In this document: positions 9,530-20,323 of the stretch, piece after piece | Numbering within the stretch: the stretch's first letter is position 1 | Layout of the letters: each line of letters begins with the position of its first letter | Assembly (NCBI GenBank): GCA_963778115.1 | Contig: CAVZSV010000004.1 | Span: forward strand, 224,001-288,000 | Source: an uncultured delta proteobacterium | GTDB taxonomy: Bacteria > Bdellovibrionota > FAC87 > UBA2466 | Length of the DNA: 64,000 nucleotides | Reading direction: 5' to 3' | Made by a program: the position numbers and the translations under genes | Notes under the pieces: generated by a model | Databases searched by the model: none | Seen by the model: only the letters and a program-made list of their open reading frames with translations | Told to the model about the DNA's origin: nothing

Positions 9530-10213
9530 ATGAGCCATACACTCTTAAAGAGGGATAGACTCATGAATCGCCTTAATCGCATGACCATGAATCGCATGAC
9601 CATGAATTACATGACACTTCCTTTTTTATTGCTGTGCATCATCTCGAGCTTTGCCAAAGCCGCTTTGATTCCTGATTCCATCCCCAGAGCTCCGACCGAC
9701 ACTTTCGTCGAGGATGGCCTTTATGAAGGGGGCAGTGGAAAGCGCGCCAATCTGGAGAGCCTCCGACTCGCCGAACACAACGACGACGGTGGATACGAAC
9801 GCTGGGTCATCGATTTTTCCGATCCCGCCACCGGGAAGGTGGGGACCATCGCTCCAAAATTTCAGATCCGTTATCTTAAACAAGAAAGAAACGTCTACTC
9901 CGAAGGCAAGACCTATGTGAAAAAGCCCGCTAAATTTTTATTCTTTTTTCGCAATATCGCCAAAAACTATCTAGATCAAGAGCTGGTATCAAAGTTGGCT
10001 ATGAAAAGTCAGTTCGTAAAAAAGATAATCCTCTACCCCCCTATTGAACAGGGTGATATGGCGATGGAATTCATTCTTAATGACAATATCGCGTTTGAAA
10101 CCCATCAGCCCATCCAAAAGGAAGGGCGCTTGGTATTGGATATTAAGGCGATAGGGACCGATACATCTTCCCCCGCCTCGTCCATCCCATCCGTCTCAAC
10201 GGGGACTCCCTAA
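9530..10213 (+). CDS. Secreted hypothetical protein, possibly AMIN-like envelope domain
   Basis: Hydrophobic signal ending AKA; GYERWVIDF and RLVLDI strands. Start is uncertain because of Met-containing tandem repeats. Confidence 0.55.
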   Translation: MSHTLLKRDRLMNRLNRMTMNRMTMNYMTLPFLLLCIISSFAKAALIPDSIPRAPTDTFVEDGLYEGGSGKRANLESLRLAEHNDDGGYERWVIDFSDPATGKVGTIAPKFQIRYLKQERNVYSEGKTYVKKPAKFLFFFRNIAKNYLDQELVSKLAMKSQFVKKIILYPPIEQGDMAMEFILNDNIAFETHQPIQKEGRLVLDIKAIGTDTSSPASSIPSVSTGTP

Positions 10214-10269
10214 ACGTCACACCTTTTTATCGCTGGTCAAATTTCGACAGGGGGATTAAATTCGCCCTT

Positions 10270-12615
10270 GTGAATAATTCAGAACTTCCTTCATCTAGTC
10301 CTAAAGAAAGCCGCGCGGCACTCGAATACCACAGCCAAGGAAGACCCGGAAAGATCGAGGTCATCTCCTCCAAGTCCTGTAAGACTCAAAGAGATCTCTC
10401 CCTGGCCTATACTCCAGGTGTTGCCGTTCCGTGCATGGAGATTTTTAAAAATCCAGGTGACGTCTATAAATATACGTCCAAAGGTAACCTTGTCGCCGTC
10501 ATCTCCAATGGTACCGCCGTTTTGGGACTTGGCAATCTAGGTCCGGCCGGTGCAAAACCGGTCATGGAAGGCAAAGGAATCCTTTTCAAGCGATTCGCGG
10601 ACATCGACGTTTTCGATATCGAAGTCAATACCGAGGACCCCGAGCAATTTGTCCAGTGTGTGAAATTGCTGGAGCCCACCTTCGGAGGAATCAATCTCGA
10701 AGATATTAAGGCCCCAGAATGTTTCTACATCGAGGAACAGCTCAAGAAAACCATGCAGATTCCGGTCTTCCACGACGATCAACATGGAACGGCTATTATT
10801 TCAGGTGCTGCTCTGCTTAATGCGTTGGACCTCGTAGAAAAACCGATTGATAAACTCAAAGTCGTTTTCAACGGAGGGGGAGCTGCCGCTGTCGCTTGCG
10901 CTAATCTCTATATACGGCTCGGTGTCAAAAGAGAAAATTTGACCATGTGCGATACCCGCGGCGTCATCTACGAGGGACGCAAGGAAGGCATGAACGAATA
11001 CAAAGCGGCTTTCGCCACCAAAGAGAAAGCGCGTACTCTTTCCGAAGCGATGAAAGGATCCGATGTCTTTGTCGGAGTTTCCGTCAAAGGTGCCGTTACT
11101 AAAGAGATGGTTGCCTCCATGGGGCCGCGCCCTATCGTTTTTGCGATGGCAAACCCCGATCCCGAGATTGGCTACTACGAAGCCAAAGAGGCTAGGCCCG
11201 ATGTCATCATGGCCACGGGACGCTCCGATTTTCCGAATCAGGTGAATAACGTTTTAGGATTTCCGTTTCTTTTTAGAGGGGCTCTCGACGTTCGTGCAAA
11301 AGCCATTAACGAAGAGATGAAAATAGCTGCCGTACACGCTCTGGCGAAATTAGCCCGTCAGGAAGTTCCCGATAGTGTTTCTAGAGCCTATGGAGGCAAA
11401 CGTTTCCGTTTCGGACCCGACTACATCATTCCTAAGCCGTTCGACTCGCGCGTTTTACTATGGGTGTGCCCCGCGGTCGCCCGAGCTGCCATGGAGAGTG
11501 GAGTTGCCCAACAGAATATCGATCTGGAGCAATATGTCGTTAGCCTCGAAAAACGTTTGGGAATCCGCCAAAGCTTTGTGCGGTCCATCAAAGATAAGAT
11601 TCAAGTCCCCGATGCTAAAGTAGGCCTTCCCCGCATCGTCTTCCCGGAAGGTTCGAGTCCTAAGATTTTGCGCGCGTGCGATATTATTGTTCAAGAGCAG
11701 ATTGCGATTCCCATTCTGTTGGGCAACGAAAAACGCATTCAAGGTGTCATCGAGAAGTTGGGCTTAGAAAATCTAAAGAACGCAAAAATTATTATGCCTT
11801 CCGCTTCGGAGCAACGAGAGCTTTACTCGAACGAATTCTGGGAATTGAGACAGCGCAAGGGAGTCACCAAAGAAGCGGCTTTCTCTTTGATGAAGAATGA
11901 AAATTACTTTGGTTCGATGATGGTCAAACGCGGAGATGCCGATGGCATATTGAGCGGGGTTACCCAAGGATACGCGGAAACTATTCGCCCCTTTTTGCAA
12001 ACTTGCGGAGCTCGCAAGGGGATGAAGATGTCCGGCGTCTATATGATGCTATTTAAGGACAGAATCTTATTCCTGGGCGACACGACCGTAAATATCGAGC
12101 CTTCCGCGACCGATCTCGCTGACATCGCTATCTGCTGTGCCGAAGAGGCCCGCTTCTTTGACATTGAACCCCGAGTCGCCATGCTTTCCTTTAGCAACTT
12201 CGGAAGTAATGATCACCCGCTGGCCGCAAAAGTGAGAGAAGCTACACGGTTGGTGAAACTGCGCCGCCCCGATATTCTTATCGATGGCGAAATGCAGGCC
12301 GATACCGCGGTTTCTCCGGAACTCATGGAAGAGAGCTTTCCCTTCTGTGAGATCAAGGGTGGGGCCAATGTATTAATTTTCCCGGATCTGCAGTCGGCCA
12401 ATATCTGCTACAAACTCATGCAGCGTATTGGGGGTGCTGAAGCCATTGGGCCCATTCTCATCGGAATGAATAAACCCATTAACGTTCTGCAACGATCAGC
12501 GGATGTGGACGAAATCGTTAATATGGCGATGATTACGGTACTTGAGATCCAAAGCATGGAACGGCATGGTTCGACACTTTCGCTGTCGGGAACCGCAAGC
12601 ACGCTCTCGGATTAG
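10270..12615 (+). CDS. maeB: NADP-dependent malic enzyme with C-terminal phosphotransacetylase-like domain
   Basis: [45 protein letters not shown] and IDGEMQAD in the PTA domain. Confidence 0.96.
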   Translation: MNNSELPSSSPKESRAALEYHSQGRPGKIEVISSKSCKTQRDLSLAYTPGVAVPCMEIFKNPGDVYKYTSKGNLVAVISNGTAVLGLGNLGPAGAKPVMEGKGILFKRFADIDVFDIEVNTEDPEQFVQCVKLLEPTFGGINLEDIKAPECFYIEEQLKKTMQIPVFHDDQHGTAIISGAALLNALDLVEKPIDKLKVVFNGGGAAAVACANLYIRLGVKRENLTMCDTRGVIYEGRKEGMNEYKAAFATKEKARTLSEAMKGSDVFVGVSVKGAVTKEMVASMGPRPIVFAMANPDPEIGYYEAKEARPDVIMATGRSDFPNQVNNVLGFPFLFRGALDVRAKAINEEMKIAAVHALAKLARQEVPDSVSRAYGGKRFRFGPDYIIPKPFDSRVLLWVCPAVARAAMESGVAQQNIDLEQYVVSLEKRLGIRQSFVRSIKDKIQVPDAKVGLPRIVFPEGSSPKILRACDIIVQEQIAIPILLGNEKRIQGVIEKLGLENLKNAKIIMPSASEQRELYSNEFWELRQRKGVTKEAAFSLMKNENYFGSMMVKRGDADGILSGVTQGYAETIRPFLQTCGARKGMKMSGVYMMLFKDRILFLGDTTVNIEPSATDLADIAICCAEEARFFDIEPRVAMLSFSNFGSNDHPLAAKVREATRLVKLRRPDILIDGEMQADTAVSPELMEESFPFCEIKGGANVLIFPDLQSANICYKLMQRIGGAEAIGPILIGMNKPINVLQRSADVDEIVNMAMITVLEIQSMERHGSTLSLSGTASTLSD

Positions 12616-12624
12616 AATCTGGGG

Positions 12625-13236
12625 TTAATAGAGTACGACATTCTCTCGAAGTATCTGCGTCTTAGTCCCTTCGAGCCGAATCTCGTGAAAGCTTCCTATC
12701 GTTTGAAGTCCTATCTGTTCGAAGGCTCTTCCTCGCAAATGTGACATCAGGCAATAGTTTGTCGTACTGTGTCCCACGATGGCTATTTTGGAGAATGTGC
12801 TATTCACGACGGAATCCCAGGCCGCCAATACTCTTTTTTGGATCTCTTCTACCGACTCACCACCAGGAAATCTTAAGGTGCGGAATTCGGCATGGTAACG
12901 TCTTGCCTCTTCGGGAAATTGGATGCGCACTTCGTCCCAGCTCATTCCTTCCCACTTTCCAAATTGAGCTTCGCGAAAGCCGGTATTAATTTCGTGGGGA
13001 ATTCCCCCTTTAGCAACGAGTTGACCCACGCGATCGGCACGCCTGAGGCCGGTGGTGATGACTTTGTCTACTTTTTCCAGCACGAGAAATTCAGCATTCA
13101 CTTGCGACATCCGATCTCCCTCGGGGGAGAGATCGCAATCGATGACACCTCGAAACCGTTTCTTATATTTATGATCCACCTCACCGTGGCGAAAGAGATA
13201 CACGGTTCTAGGTTCGCAATGAGACGAATGAAGCAT
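12625..13236 (-). CDS. Histidine phosphatase family protein (PGM/CobC-like)
   Basis: RHGE, FREAQFGKWEG, FPGGES, VGH. Confidence 0.85.
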   Translation of the reverse strand: MLHSSHCEPRTVYLFRHGEVDHKYKKRFRGVIDCDLSPEGDRMSQVNAEFLVLEKVDKVITTGLRRADRVGQLVAKGGIPHEINTGFREAQFGKWEGMSWDEVRIQFPEEARRYHAEFRTLRFPGGESVEEIQKRVLAAWDSVVNSTFSKIAIVGHSTTNYCLMSHLRGRAFEQIGLQTIGSFHEIRLEGTKTQILRENVVLY

Positions 13237-13242
13237 AATTCT

Positions 13243-13893
13243 TTAGAATCTCCGCTGCAGACCAATCACCTTTCCTTGAATTTGGAAGTCTTCGGTCTGA
13301 ACGGGAATGGGTTTCATTCGCTTATTCTCCGGAACCAAAAAGATTTGGCCTTCATTTTCTTGGTACCGCTTCACGGTCGTTTCGCGATTAAGAAGCGCCA
13401 CGACAATATCTCCGTTTCGAGCCCGATCTTGCTTTTGAACTATGAGCAAATCGCCTTCCAAAATTCCTACCTCCTGCATGCTATCACCGACTACGCGTAG
13501 AGCAAAACATTCCCCTTTGAGTTGAGAATGCGGCAGAGTTAATGACCCTAATTCAATCTGAGCGGAATCTCGGGTCGGGCCGGCTGCTATCTCTCCATAA
13601 ATGGGAATTTGCCGCACCCCTTCGGGTCGAAAACCCGAGGGAAGTAATCCTCGGGCACGCTTTGCTTTACCGCCTTTGCCCCCCCCTTTTTCAAGAAAGC
13701 CTTTGCTCACCAGAGCCTTTAGATGATCTTGAACGGTCCCTACCGCTTTGTAACCAAAGTGCTCTTGAATCTCTCGATAGGACGGCGGAACCCCTGTCAG
13801 TTCGCAGGTCTTGCGGATGAAATCCAAAATTTCCCTCTGCGTGTCGGTGAGGGGGGGAGGATTTAAAGAATTATCAGTTGATTTATTAACCAT
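13243..13893 (-). CDS. lexA: SOS repressor LexA
   Basis: LTDTQREILDFI...PPSYREI wHTH, Ala-Gly cleavage site (GEIAAG), catalytic GDSM Ser and TVKR Lys; ATG at 13893 preferred over the long upstream extension. Confidence 0.93.
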   Translation of the reverse strand: MVNKSTDNSLNPPPLTDTQREILDFIRKTCELTGVPPSYREIQEHFGYKAVGTVQDHLKALVSKGFLEKGGGKGGKAKRARGLLPSGFRPEGVRQIPIYGEIAAGPTRDSAQIELGSLTLPHSQLKGECFALRVVGDSMQEVGILEGDLLIVQKQDRARNGDIVVALLNRETTVKRYQENEGQIFLVPENKRMKPIPVQTEDFQIQGKVIGLQRRF

Positions 13894-13906
13894 ACAATTG
13901 TATGGT
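13878..13906 (+). promoter_or_regulatory. Sigma70-like promoter for imuA overlapped by a perfect 18-bp palindrome (candidate LexA box)
   Basis: TTGATT(13878-83)-17 nt-TATGGT(13901-06); palindrome ACCATACAATTGTATGGT at 13889-13906. Confidence 0.65.
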
Positions 13907-13924
13907 ACATCTAAAGGAGCGGAT

Positions 13925-14698
13925 TTGTCGAGGAATTTTTTAAACTTAGCCCCCATTTCGACTTCAATCATCCCTACACCGGGCCCGGTTTCTCCCCCCG
14001 GACAGCCGGGCCCGGATCTTCCCTTGGAAGTTACCCAAACCAAGGCAGCCGAATTAGAACAGGCCGAGCGAAAAGTTCATCTGCAAGAACGCAGGGAGAA
14101 ATCGACCGGAGGCGACCGTAGGGTCGTCGAGGACGGTTTCGACCGAGGACGCAGTCAGATGGACTTTGCAGCCGGCCTGAATTTAAGGTTAGAGCATGGT
14201 GGACTAGCGCAAATAACTTCTTTCACGGGGGGATCTAAAACGTGGTTTGCCCTTTCCTGTTTGGGCATGTTTTTAGCGAAAGCCCACGAAGATCCCCCCC
14301 TCTCCCTTTGGATCTCGGATGAGGGGTTGCTTTATCCAGAGGCTATTCATTTTTACTGGAAAATTCCTTTATCGAGACTGCTCCTAGTAAAAGTTCGTTT
14401 GACAGAAGAAGTATGGAAAGTCGCTTTGGAGTCCATTCAGACGGGACTCTTTACTTGGGTCTTTTTGAGAACCCCAGGCTTTTGTCATCCAACCTATTTA
14501 AGAAAACTTCAATTAAGTGCGGAAAAAACAAAGACTCGAGTGTTGATCTTAGGCTCTCAGAAACTACCTCATTGGACATTACGAGCTTCTGTCGATGTGG
14601 ATCATAGCTATGCGCATCCTTTACTTTCAAAGTCAGACCCCTCTCCAAGCTTTCAGCGAAGCCTGTCTTTCATTAACGCCACGAATTTTCGTCCATAA
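13925..14698 (+). CDS. imuA: ImuA-like RecA/SulA-fold protein
   Basis: AAAGGAG RBS then in-frame TTG at 13925; degenerate Walker A (GGSKT), LYPEA, LRKLQLSAEK; first gene of the imu cassette. Confidence 0.75.
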   Translation: MSRNFLNLAPISTSIIPTPGPVSPPGQPGPDLPLEVTQTKAAELEQAERKVHLQERREKSTGGDRRVVEDGFDRGRSQMDFAAGLNLRLEHGGLAQITSFTGGSKTWFALSCLGMFLAKAHEDPPLSLWISDEGLLYPEAIHFYWKIPLSRLLLVKVRLTEEVWKVALESIQTGLFTWVFLRTPGFCHPTYLRKLQLSAEKTKTRVLILGSQKLPHWTLRASVDVDHSYAHPLLSKSDPSPSFQRSLSFINATNFRP

Positions 14699-15851
14699 AG
14701 ATCACGAAATTTTTTTGGACATTGGTGTGACAAAGAAGCTTTTCAATGGAGAGAAAAATATCTTAGCTCGAGCGGAAAAGCTCATGCTCTCGTTTAAGAT
14801 AGCGCCCAAAATGGTAGTAACCGACCGTTTTGAATGGGCCCGAGTCTTTTTAGAGAAAGATCACAATCACATCCCAGAAGGGAAATCGCATTCAAGGCTA
14901 ATGGGATTACCTATTGACCGGCTTTTAGAATGTGGAGATCCGGCAATGCTTGAAAAGGAGATGCCGGAGAGGATAAAGCTTATCGCCTTCATGAAGCGAG
15001 TGGGGCTAAGAGTCGTTTCCGACTTTGCGCAACTTAACGCTACCGCTATTAATCGCCGTTTTGGAAAATTAGGGGTCCACCTTCAGCAATGGGTAATGGG
15101 AACCAGAGAGCTCTGCCTTCCTCCCTTTACTCCTGAACAGACCCTTAAAGAGACCTTAGACACAGAAGAGATAGGCTCTCTGGAACAACTTTTACTTGAA
15201 CTAAAACCGTTATTCCAAAGAATGGAGGCCAGATTGTTAGGACGCGCTAAACTCGCTCGGGAGATCACCTTTGTCTTTCATCTCGACTCCGGGGAGAAAT
15301 CCACTAAATATCTAAAATTATCAGAGCCAATGAGGGAGACCTTTTCCTTTCTAAAACTCATAAAAGATTTTTTAGGAAAAACGACCTGGGAGTCTCCACT
15401 CAAAGAGGTAGAAATCGAAATCACCGACATGATCCCCTTTCTGCCGGGGCAACTTTCTTTATTTGATACTACGGAAAATCGTTTTTCCGAACTATCCCCC
15501 TATGTCGAACGGTTGAAAAATAGGTATGGAGACGACGCTGTCGGATTTGCGGATTTAAAAGAAAGTTATTTGCCAGAGAGATCTTGGAAAATGGTATTCC
15601 CCCCCCCTGCAAATTCGAAAGCCCCTCGCCCTAAATCTTTATTAAGGCCTCCTTTACTTTTCTCTCCCCCCAAGCCCTACTTTCCTTCTCGCAATAGTCG
15701 ATTGATTCCTTCGGAGAATCTAGACTGTGAGTGGTGGGAAGAAGGCGGCCACCGGCGTTACTTTGTGACTCAAAACCCTCAAGGAGAAAGGCTATGGATC
15801 TTTTGGGACTGCGATCGTCAAGAATGGTTCTTGCACGGAACCTTCGACTGA
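14610..15851 (+). CDS. imuB: ImuB, catalytically inactive Y-family polymerase
   Basis: RRFGK, clamp-binding QLSLF motif, C-terminal EWWE...RRYF...WFLHGTFD; between imuA and dnaE2. Confidence 0.85.
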   Translation: MRILYFQSQTPLQAFSEACLSLTPRIFVHKDHEIFLDIGVTKKLFNGEKNILARAEKLMLSFKIAPKMVVTDRFEWARVFLEKDHNHIPEGKSHSRLMGLPIDRLLECGDPAMLEKEMPERIKLIAFMKRVGLRVVSDFAQLNATAINRRFGKLGVHLQQWVMGTRELCLPPFTPEQTLKETLDTEEIGSLEQLLLELKPLFQRMEARLLGRAKLAREITFVFHLDSGEKSTKYLKLSEPMRETFSFLKLIKDFLGKTTWESPLKEVEIEITDMIPFLPGQLSLFDTTENRFSELSPYVERLKNRYGDDAVGFADLKESYLPERSWKMVFPPPANSKAPRPKSLLRPPLLFSPPKPYFPSRNSRLIPSENLDCEWWEEGGHRRYFVTQNPQGERLWIFWDCDRQEWFLHGTFD

Positions 15852-15871
15852 AAGGTAGGACTTCAAAGAGG

Positions 15872-15928
15872 CTGTCATTGCGGGGACCAAAAGAAGTATG
15901 CGAGCGAAGCGATTCGACGAAGCAATCT
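15872..15928 (+). repeat. Intergenic REP-like element, copy 1
   Basis: CTGTCATTGCG...CGAAGCAATCT; related copies at 26137 and 32717. Confidence 0.55.
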
Positions 15929-15979
15929 CCAGGCATAAGTACCCCGTGATAACAGCAACCCCTTAAAACATTAAATATT

Positions 15980-18900
15980 ATGTTTGCTGAACTTTTCGCA
16001 AAAACTAATTACTCTTTCCTAGAAGGGGCCTCTCATCCGGAAGAGATGGTCGCGATGGCGCGACACCTTAACTACTGCGCTATCGGTATCACCGACAGAA
16101 ATGGATTTTATGGAATCCCCCGTGCTCATATGGCGGCCCTTCAAGCCGGTATCCCCCTTATTATTGGCGCTGAAGTCACTTTAGAAAAAGGTGGTACGGC
16201 TTTTTTGCTCGTTAAAAATAAAAACGGCTATGGAAATCTCTGTGAGCTACTGACTTACCTTCACTGTGAACGAGAAGAAAAAGTCACATGGGAAGATATT
16301 TTAAAATATTCATCCGATCTTTTCTTATGTCTTCCGCCAAAACTTTTGGATAACCCTTTGGAGAGTCTTCCTTGGGAGCAACTAAAAGCCGCTTTTCCTC
16401 AAAGCATCTATCTCATCGCCCATCGTTATTTAGATGGAAAAGACCTCTCCACTTTAAAGGCCGTTCTTCACTACAGTGAAGATTTGGGGATTCCCTGTGT
16501 GGTGAGTAATCAGCCTCTCTTTCATCACCCTCAGCGCAAACCCCTACAAGATGTTTTAACCTGCATTCGACATACGTGTACGCTAAAAGACGGGGGATAT
16601 CGTCTTCTGGCGAATGCCGAACGCACCTTAAAACCGGAACAAGAGATAAGAAAGTTATTCTCTGACTTTCCAGAATGGGTAGACAACACGACCCGTTTAG
16701 CGAAGTCTTGTCAGTTTAGCCTGAGCGAAATCCATTATCACTATCCCAATGAGTGGATTCCCCAAGGAGAGACTGGCGATTCTTTCTTGGCTAAATTAAC
16801 GTGGGAGGGGGCTTCAAAGAGATACGCCAATGACATTCCCGAAAATGCTAAAGCACAAATTCAAAAGGAGCTCGAACTCATCAAACTCCTCAATTATAGC
16901 GACTATTTTTTGACTATTTGGGACATCGTGCAATTTGCCCAAAGGCAGCAAATCCTCTACCAAGGGCGGGGATCGGCTGCCAACTCTATCGTCTGCTATG
17001 TCTTGGGAATTACCGCCATCGATCCGGTCCGAATGGATTTATTATTCGAACGATTCATTTCCGTCGAAAGAAAGGAACCTCCCGACATCGACATCGACTT
17101 TGAACATGAAAGGCGTGAAGAGGTGATTCAATACATCTACGATCGTTACGGCAGACACCGAGCTGCTATCACCGCTGAAGTGATCTGCTACCGAAAAAAA
17201 TCAAGCCTTCGGGAAGTCGCAAAAGTTTTTAATATCTCTACCTCTATCGTCGGGCAGCTTCTGGTATTAACTCATCGAAAGAGTCTGGAAGAGGTTACCA
17301 TTGCCGAATTGGAAAAGGCCATTCCGGAAGTCCCAGCCAAAACTTTAAAACAATACTATGCCACGGCATCTGAACTTCTCTGTTTTCCGAGACACCTAGG
17401 AACTCACGTGGGGGGATTTGTCCTTTGCAGTGACCAACTCTCTCGTAATATTCCCATCGAAAAAGCAGCCATGCCGGGCAGAACCATTGTTCAGTGGGAC
17501 AAAAATGATCTCGATAGCTTAGGCTTTATTAAAGTAGATATTTTAGGGCTGGGAATTTTAACCGCCATCCGAAAATCATTCGACATCATCAAGAAAACTC
17601 ATGGAGTCTCTCTAGGCCTTATTTCGGTCCCTCCCGAAGATCCCAAAGTCTATGCGGCATTCGAAAAGGGCGATACCGTGGGGGTTTTTCAAATAGAATC
17701 CCGCGCCCAAATGAATATGCTACCTCGCCTTCGTCCAAAAAATTTTTACGACCTTGTCGTTGAAATCTCGTTAGTTCGCCCGGGCCCTATTCAAGGAGAC
17801 ATGGTCCATCCTTATTTAAGGAGGCGCGAGGGAAAAGAGCCCGTGGAATATGCGCATCCTGATCTGGAAGCCATTTTAAAGAAAACTTTTGGAGTCCCGT
17901 TATTTCAAGAACAGATCATGAAAATGGCCATGGTAGTAGCAGATTTCACCGCAGGAGAAGCCGACAAGTTACGACGAGCCATGGGAACGTGGCGACGCCA
18001 TGGAAAGAATCGGCTGACTCACATGGGAGAAAAGTTTTGCCGGGGACTTATTAAAAAAGGGATCCGAAAGGATTTTGCCGAACGTATCTTTACCCAAATT
18101 GAAGGCTTCGCCGAATATGGATTTCCGGAGTCCCATGCTGCCTCTTTTGCCATTCTGGCCTATGTCTCAGGCTATCTCCATTTTTACTATCCGGACGCTT
18201 ATTTGACAGCCCTTCTCAATGCCCAACCGATGGGATTTTATCAGCCCCATACGCTTATCCACGATGGACAGAGACATGGAGTTGAAATTTTACCTATCGA
18301 TATCAACCATTCCAATTGGGATAACCTTTGCTCAAAGCCCGGACAAGTTCGCCTGGGGTTTCGAGAGATTAAAGGATTTCCTGAAAGAACCGCTCTGGCC
18401 ATTGAAAAAGCTCGCGCTATAGGTCCTTTTGAATCCATTTTGGATTTTGCCATTCGGGTCAGACAAATGCTTCAGCCTATCGCTTTAACCAAAAGAGAGC
18501 TCTTTTTTCTGGCGGGATCTCATGCCTTTGAACTTAAAGGAAGCTCCTTAATCCAGCGACGAGATGCTTTTTGGGAAATACAAGCTCTCCCCCTACAAGA
18601 TAGCCAAATCCTCTCCACCAAAGAAAACCAGGTCATCCTCCCTAAAGAAACCTCCTGGGAAAAGGTCTCTTTAGATTATGACTATCAAGGGGTCTCTTTA
18701 TACGCTCACCCCATGGCGCTTTTTAGAGACTCCCTTACCACTCAAGGGGTACTCGCTTCCTCAGGCCTTAGATCACCAGCTTCCCGTTTTCTAAAGTCTC
18801 GTCGCAAAATAGCGGTGGCTGGCATGGTAATCTGCCGCCAAATGCCTCCCACGGCTTCTGGGGTTCTTTTTATTACGCTTGAAGATGAATTTGGATTTAT

Positions 18901-19087
18901 CAACTTAGTGATTTGGCATTCGGTCTACGAAAAATTTCGGGAGCTTCTCATTACCCATTCTTTTTTAAAGTGTGAAGGCTATGTCGAAAAAGCGGAAGGA
19001 ACCGAAGTGACTCATCTCATCGTAGAGTCCGTCACCACACTCTTACCATCCTCTTGTTTACCCTCGGTGTCTCGAGATTTTCACTAG
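15980..19087 (+). CDS. dnaE2: Error-prone DNA polymerase DnaE2 (ImuC)
   Basis: YSFLEGASHPEE, GRGSAANS, PPDIDIDFEH, YGFPESHAASFA and the C-terminal SRDFH signature. Confidence 0.96.
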   Translation: MFAELFAKTNYSFLEGASHPEEMVAMARHLNYCAIGITDRNGFYGIPRAHMAALQAGIPLIIGAEVTLEKGGTAFLLVKNKNGYGNLCELLTYLHCEREEKVTWEDILKYSSDLFLCLPPKLLDNPLESLPWEQLKAAFPQSIYLIAHRYLDGKDLSTLKAVLHYSEDLGIPCVVSNQPLFHHPQRKPLQDVLTCIRHTCTLKDGGYRLLANAERTLKPEQEIRKLFSDFPEWVDNTTRLAKSCQFSLSEIHYHYPNEWIPQGETGDSFLAKLTWEGASKRYANDIPENAKAQIQKELELIKLLNYSDYFLTIWDIVQFAQRQQILYQGRGSAANSIVCYVLGITAIDPVRMDLLFERFISVERKEPPDIDIDFEHERREEVIQYIYDRYGRHRAAITAEVICYRKKSSLREVAKVFNISTSIVGQLLVLTHRKSLEEVTIAELEKAIPEVPAKTLKQYYATASELLCFPRHLGTHVGGFVLCSDQLSRNIPIEKAAMPGRTIVQWDKNDLDSLGFIKVDILGLGILTAIRKSFDIIKKTHGVSLGLISVPPEDPKVYAAFEKGDTVGVFQIESRAQMNMLPRLRPKNFYDLVVEISLVRPGPIQGDMVHPYLRRREGKEPVEYAHPDLEAILKKTFGVPLFQEQIMKMAMVVADFTAGEADKLRRAMGTWRRHGKNRLTHMGEKFCRGLIKKGIRKDFAERIFTQIEGFAEYGFPESHAASFAILAYVSGYLHFYYPDAYLTALLNAQPMGFYQPHTLIHDGQRHGVEILPIDINHSNWDNLCSKPGQVRLGFREIKGFPERTALAIEKARAIGPFESILDFAIRVRQMLQPIALTKRELFFLAGSHAFELKGSSLIQRRDAFWEIQALPLQDSQILSTKENQVILPKETSWEKVSLDYDYQGVSLYAHPMALFRDSLTTQGVLASSGLRSPASRFLKSRRKIAVAGMVICRQMPPTASGVLFITLEDEFGFINLVIWHSVYEKFRELLITHSFLKCEGYVEKAEGTEVTHLIVESVTTLLPSSCLPSVSRDFH

Positions 19088-20187
19088 AGCTTTTCTTTAA
19101 GCTTCACAATGCGCGCGTACGAACGATCGATTCGACTCTCCTGAATGAAGTTTTCCTTCACTAGCTGATGAATGATCTTAACGGCTTTCTTACCCACTTC
19201 GGGATCGTAGGAGAGATTATTGGCGAAAAGTAGAATATCCACATCGGCTCCGATGGCTAAGCGAATCGTGGTCTCTAAATCAATCGGACGCCCGTTCCAT
19301 TCAAGTTTGGCAATTCCATTCATCTGCAAATCATCCGCAATAACCACTCCATCAAAACCAAGCCGTTTTCTTAGCAGTTGGGGAATGATTTCCGGAGAGA
19401 GGGTTGCGGGAAGCGTACCATCTAGCTTGTGAAAGACGTGGGCCGTCATGACAGCATCCACTTTACCTTCCCTGATTAATTCTTGGTAAGGAACCAGTTC
19501 ATCTTCTGTCCAAGTCTTTGTCACATCCACAAAATCAAGATGCGAGTCTGAAGTGGCACTTCCGTGTCCGGGAAAGTGTTTTAGCACCGTAAGTAAGTGA
19601 TGCTCGTGATGGGCATCAATAAAATTGGCCGCTCGCTCCGCCACTATTTGAGAGTCATCGGAAAAGCTCCGATCGATCTTACCTATAGCGGGACTTTGGG
19701 GATTCACGTTAACATCCACCACGGGAGCCAGATTCATATTGATTCCGTTATCCACCAAAGTCTGTGCCGTCTGCCCAGCTTCCGCTAACAGGTCAGCTTC
19801 CGACATCTTCCCCATCTCTGCCGCCGATTTGGTGGGAGCAAAGCCGTACTTTTCTTTCAATCGATTTACCTTCCCGCCTTCTTGATCGATGGCTATCAGA
19901 AGAGGAGTGGTGGCTAAGGCCTTTGCTTGCGCAGTTAACTTCTTTAGCTGCTCGGGGCTTTTGATATTGCGATCCCAAGACTTTAAAGCGACGTCACGAT
20001 CGTAAAGGACGATACCACCTATATTTCGAAGCCGGATATCTTCTTCAATACTACTTCCCGGCTCGATGCTCTCTCCACGAAAGCCCAACATCAGCATTTG
20101 ACCGATCTTTTCGTCTAGCGTCTCACCGAAGGCATGGGAGAAGGATAAAAACAGGGAGAGGACCACCAATAAGTGCCGCATGAGCAT
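19084..20187 (-). CDS. nagZ: GH3 beta-N-acetylhexosaminidase, secreted
   Basis: IDQEGGKVNRL, KHFPGHG...DSH, VMTAH, DDLQM; signal peptide. Confidence 0.88.
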   Translation of the reverse strand: MLMRHLLVVLSLFLSFSHAFGETLDEKIGQMLMLGFRGESIEPGSSIEEDIRLRNIGGIVLYDRDVALKSWDRNIKSPEQLKKLTAQAKALATTPLLIAIDQEGGKVNRLKEKYGFAPTKSAAEMGKMSEADLLAEAGQTAQTLVDNGINMNLAPVVDVNVNPQSPAIGKIDRSFSDDSQIVAERAANFIDAHHEHHLLTVLKHFPGHGSATSDSHLDFVDVTKTWTEDELVPYQELIREGKVDAVMTAHVFHKLDGTLPATLSPEIIPQLLRKRLGFDGVVIADDLQMNGIAKLEWNGRPIDLETTIRLAIGADVDILLFANNLSYDPEVGKKAVKIIHQLVKENFIQESRIDRSYARIVKLKEKL

Positions 20188-20275
20188 AAACCTCGCATTG
20201 ACGTCGTTACTAAATAGGCTGGGCTTGTACCATAGTTACCGATTCGCCGCAATTAGGCGAAAATTGTCACTTCCC

Positions 20276-20318
20276 CCCAAAAGGTATCCGTTACTTCCAG
20301 TAACGGATACCTTTTGGG
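20276..20318. terminator. Perfect 20-bp hairpin just downstream of the MFS gene
   Basis: CCCAAAAGGTATCCGTTACT-tcc-AGTAACGGATACCTTTTGGG. Confidence 0.55.
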
Positions 20319-20323
20319 AGTCA

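Noticed and set aside
13894..14043. N-terminal extension of LexA in the ORF track, and the imuA extension back to 13811
   Set aside because: The extensions would overlap the divergent gene and promoter; better starts exist at 13893 (lexA) and 13925 (imuA, with SD).
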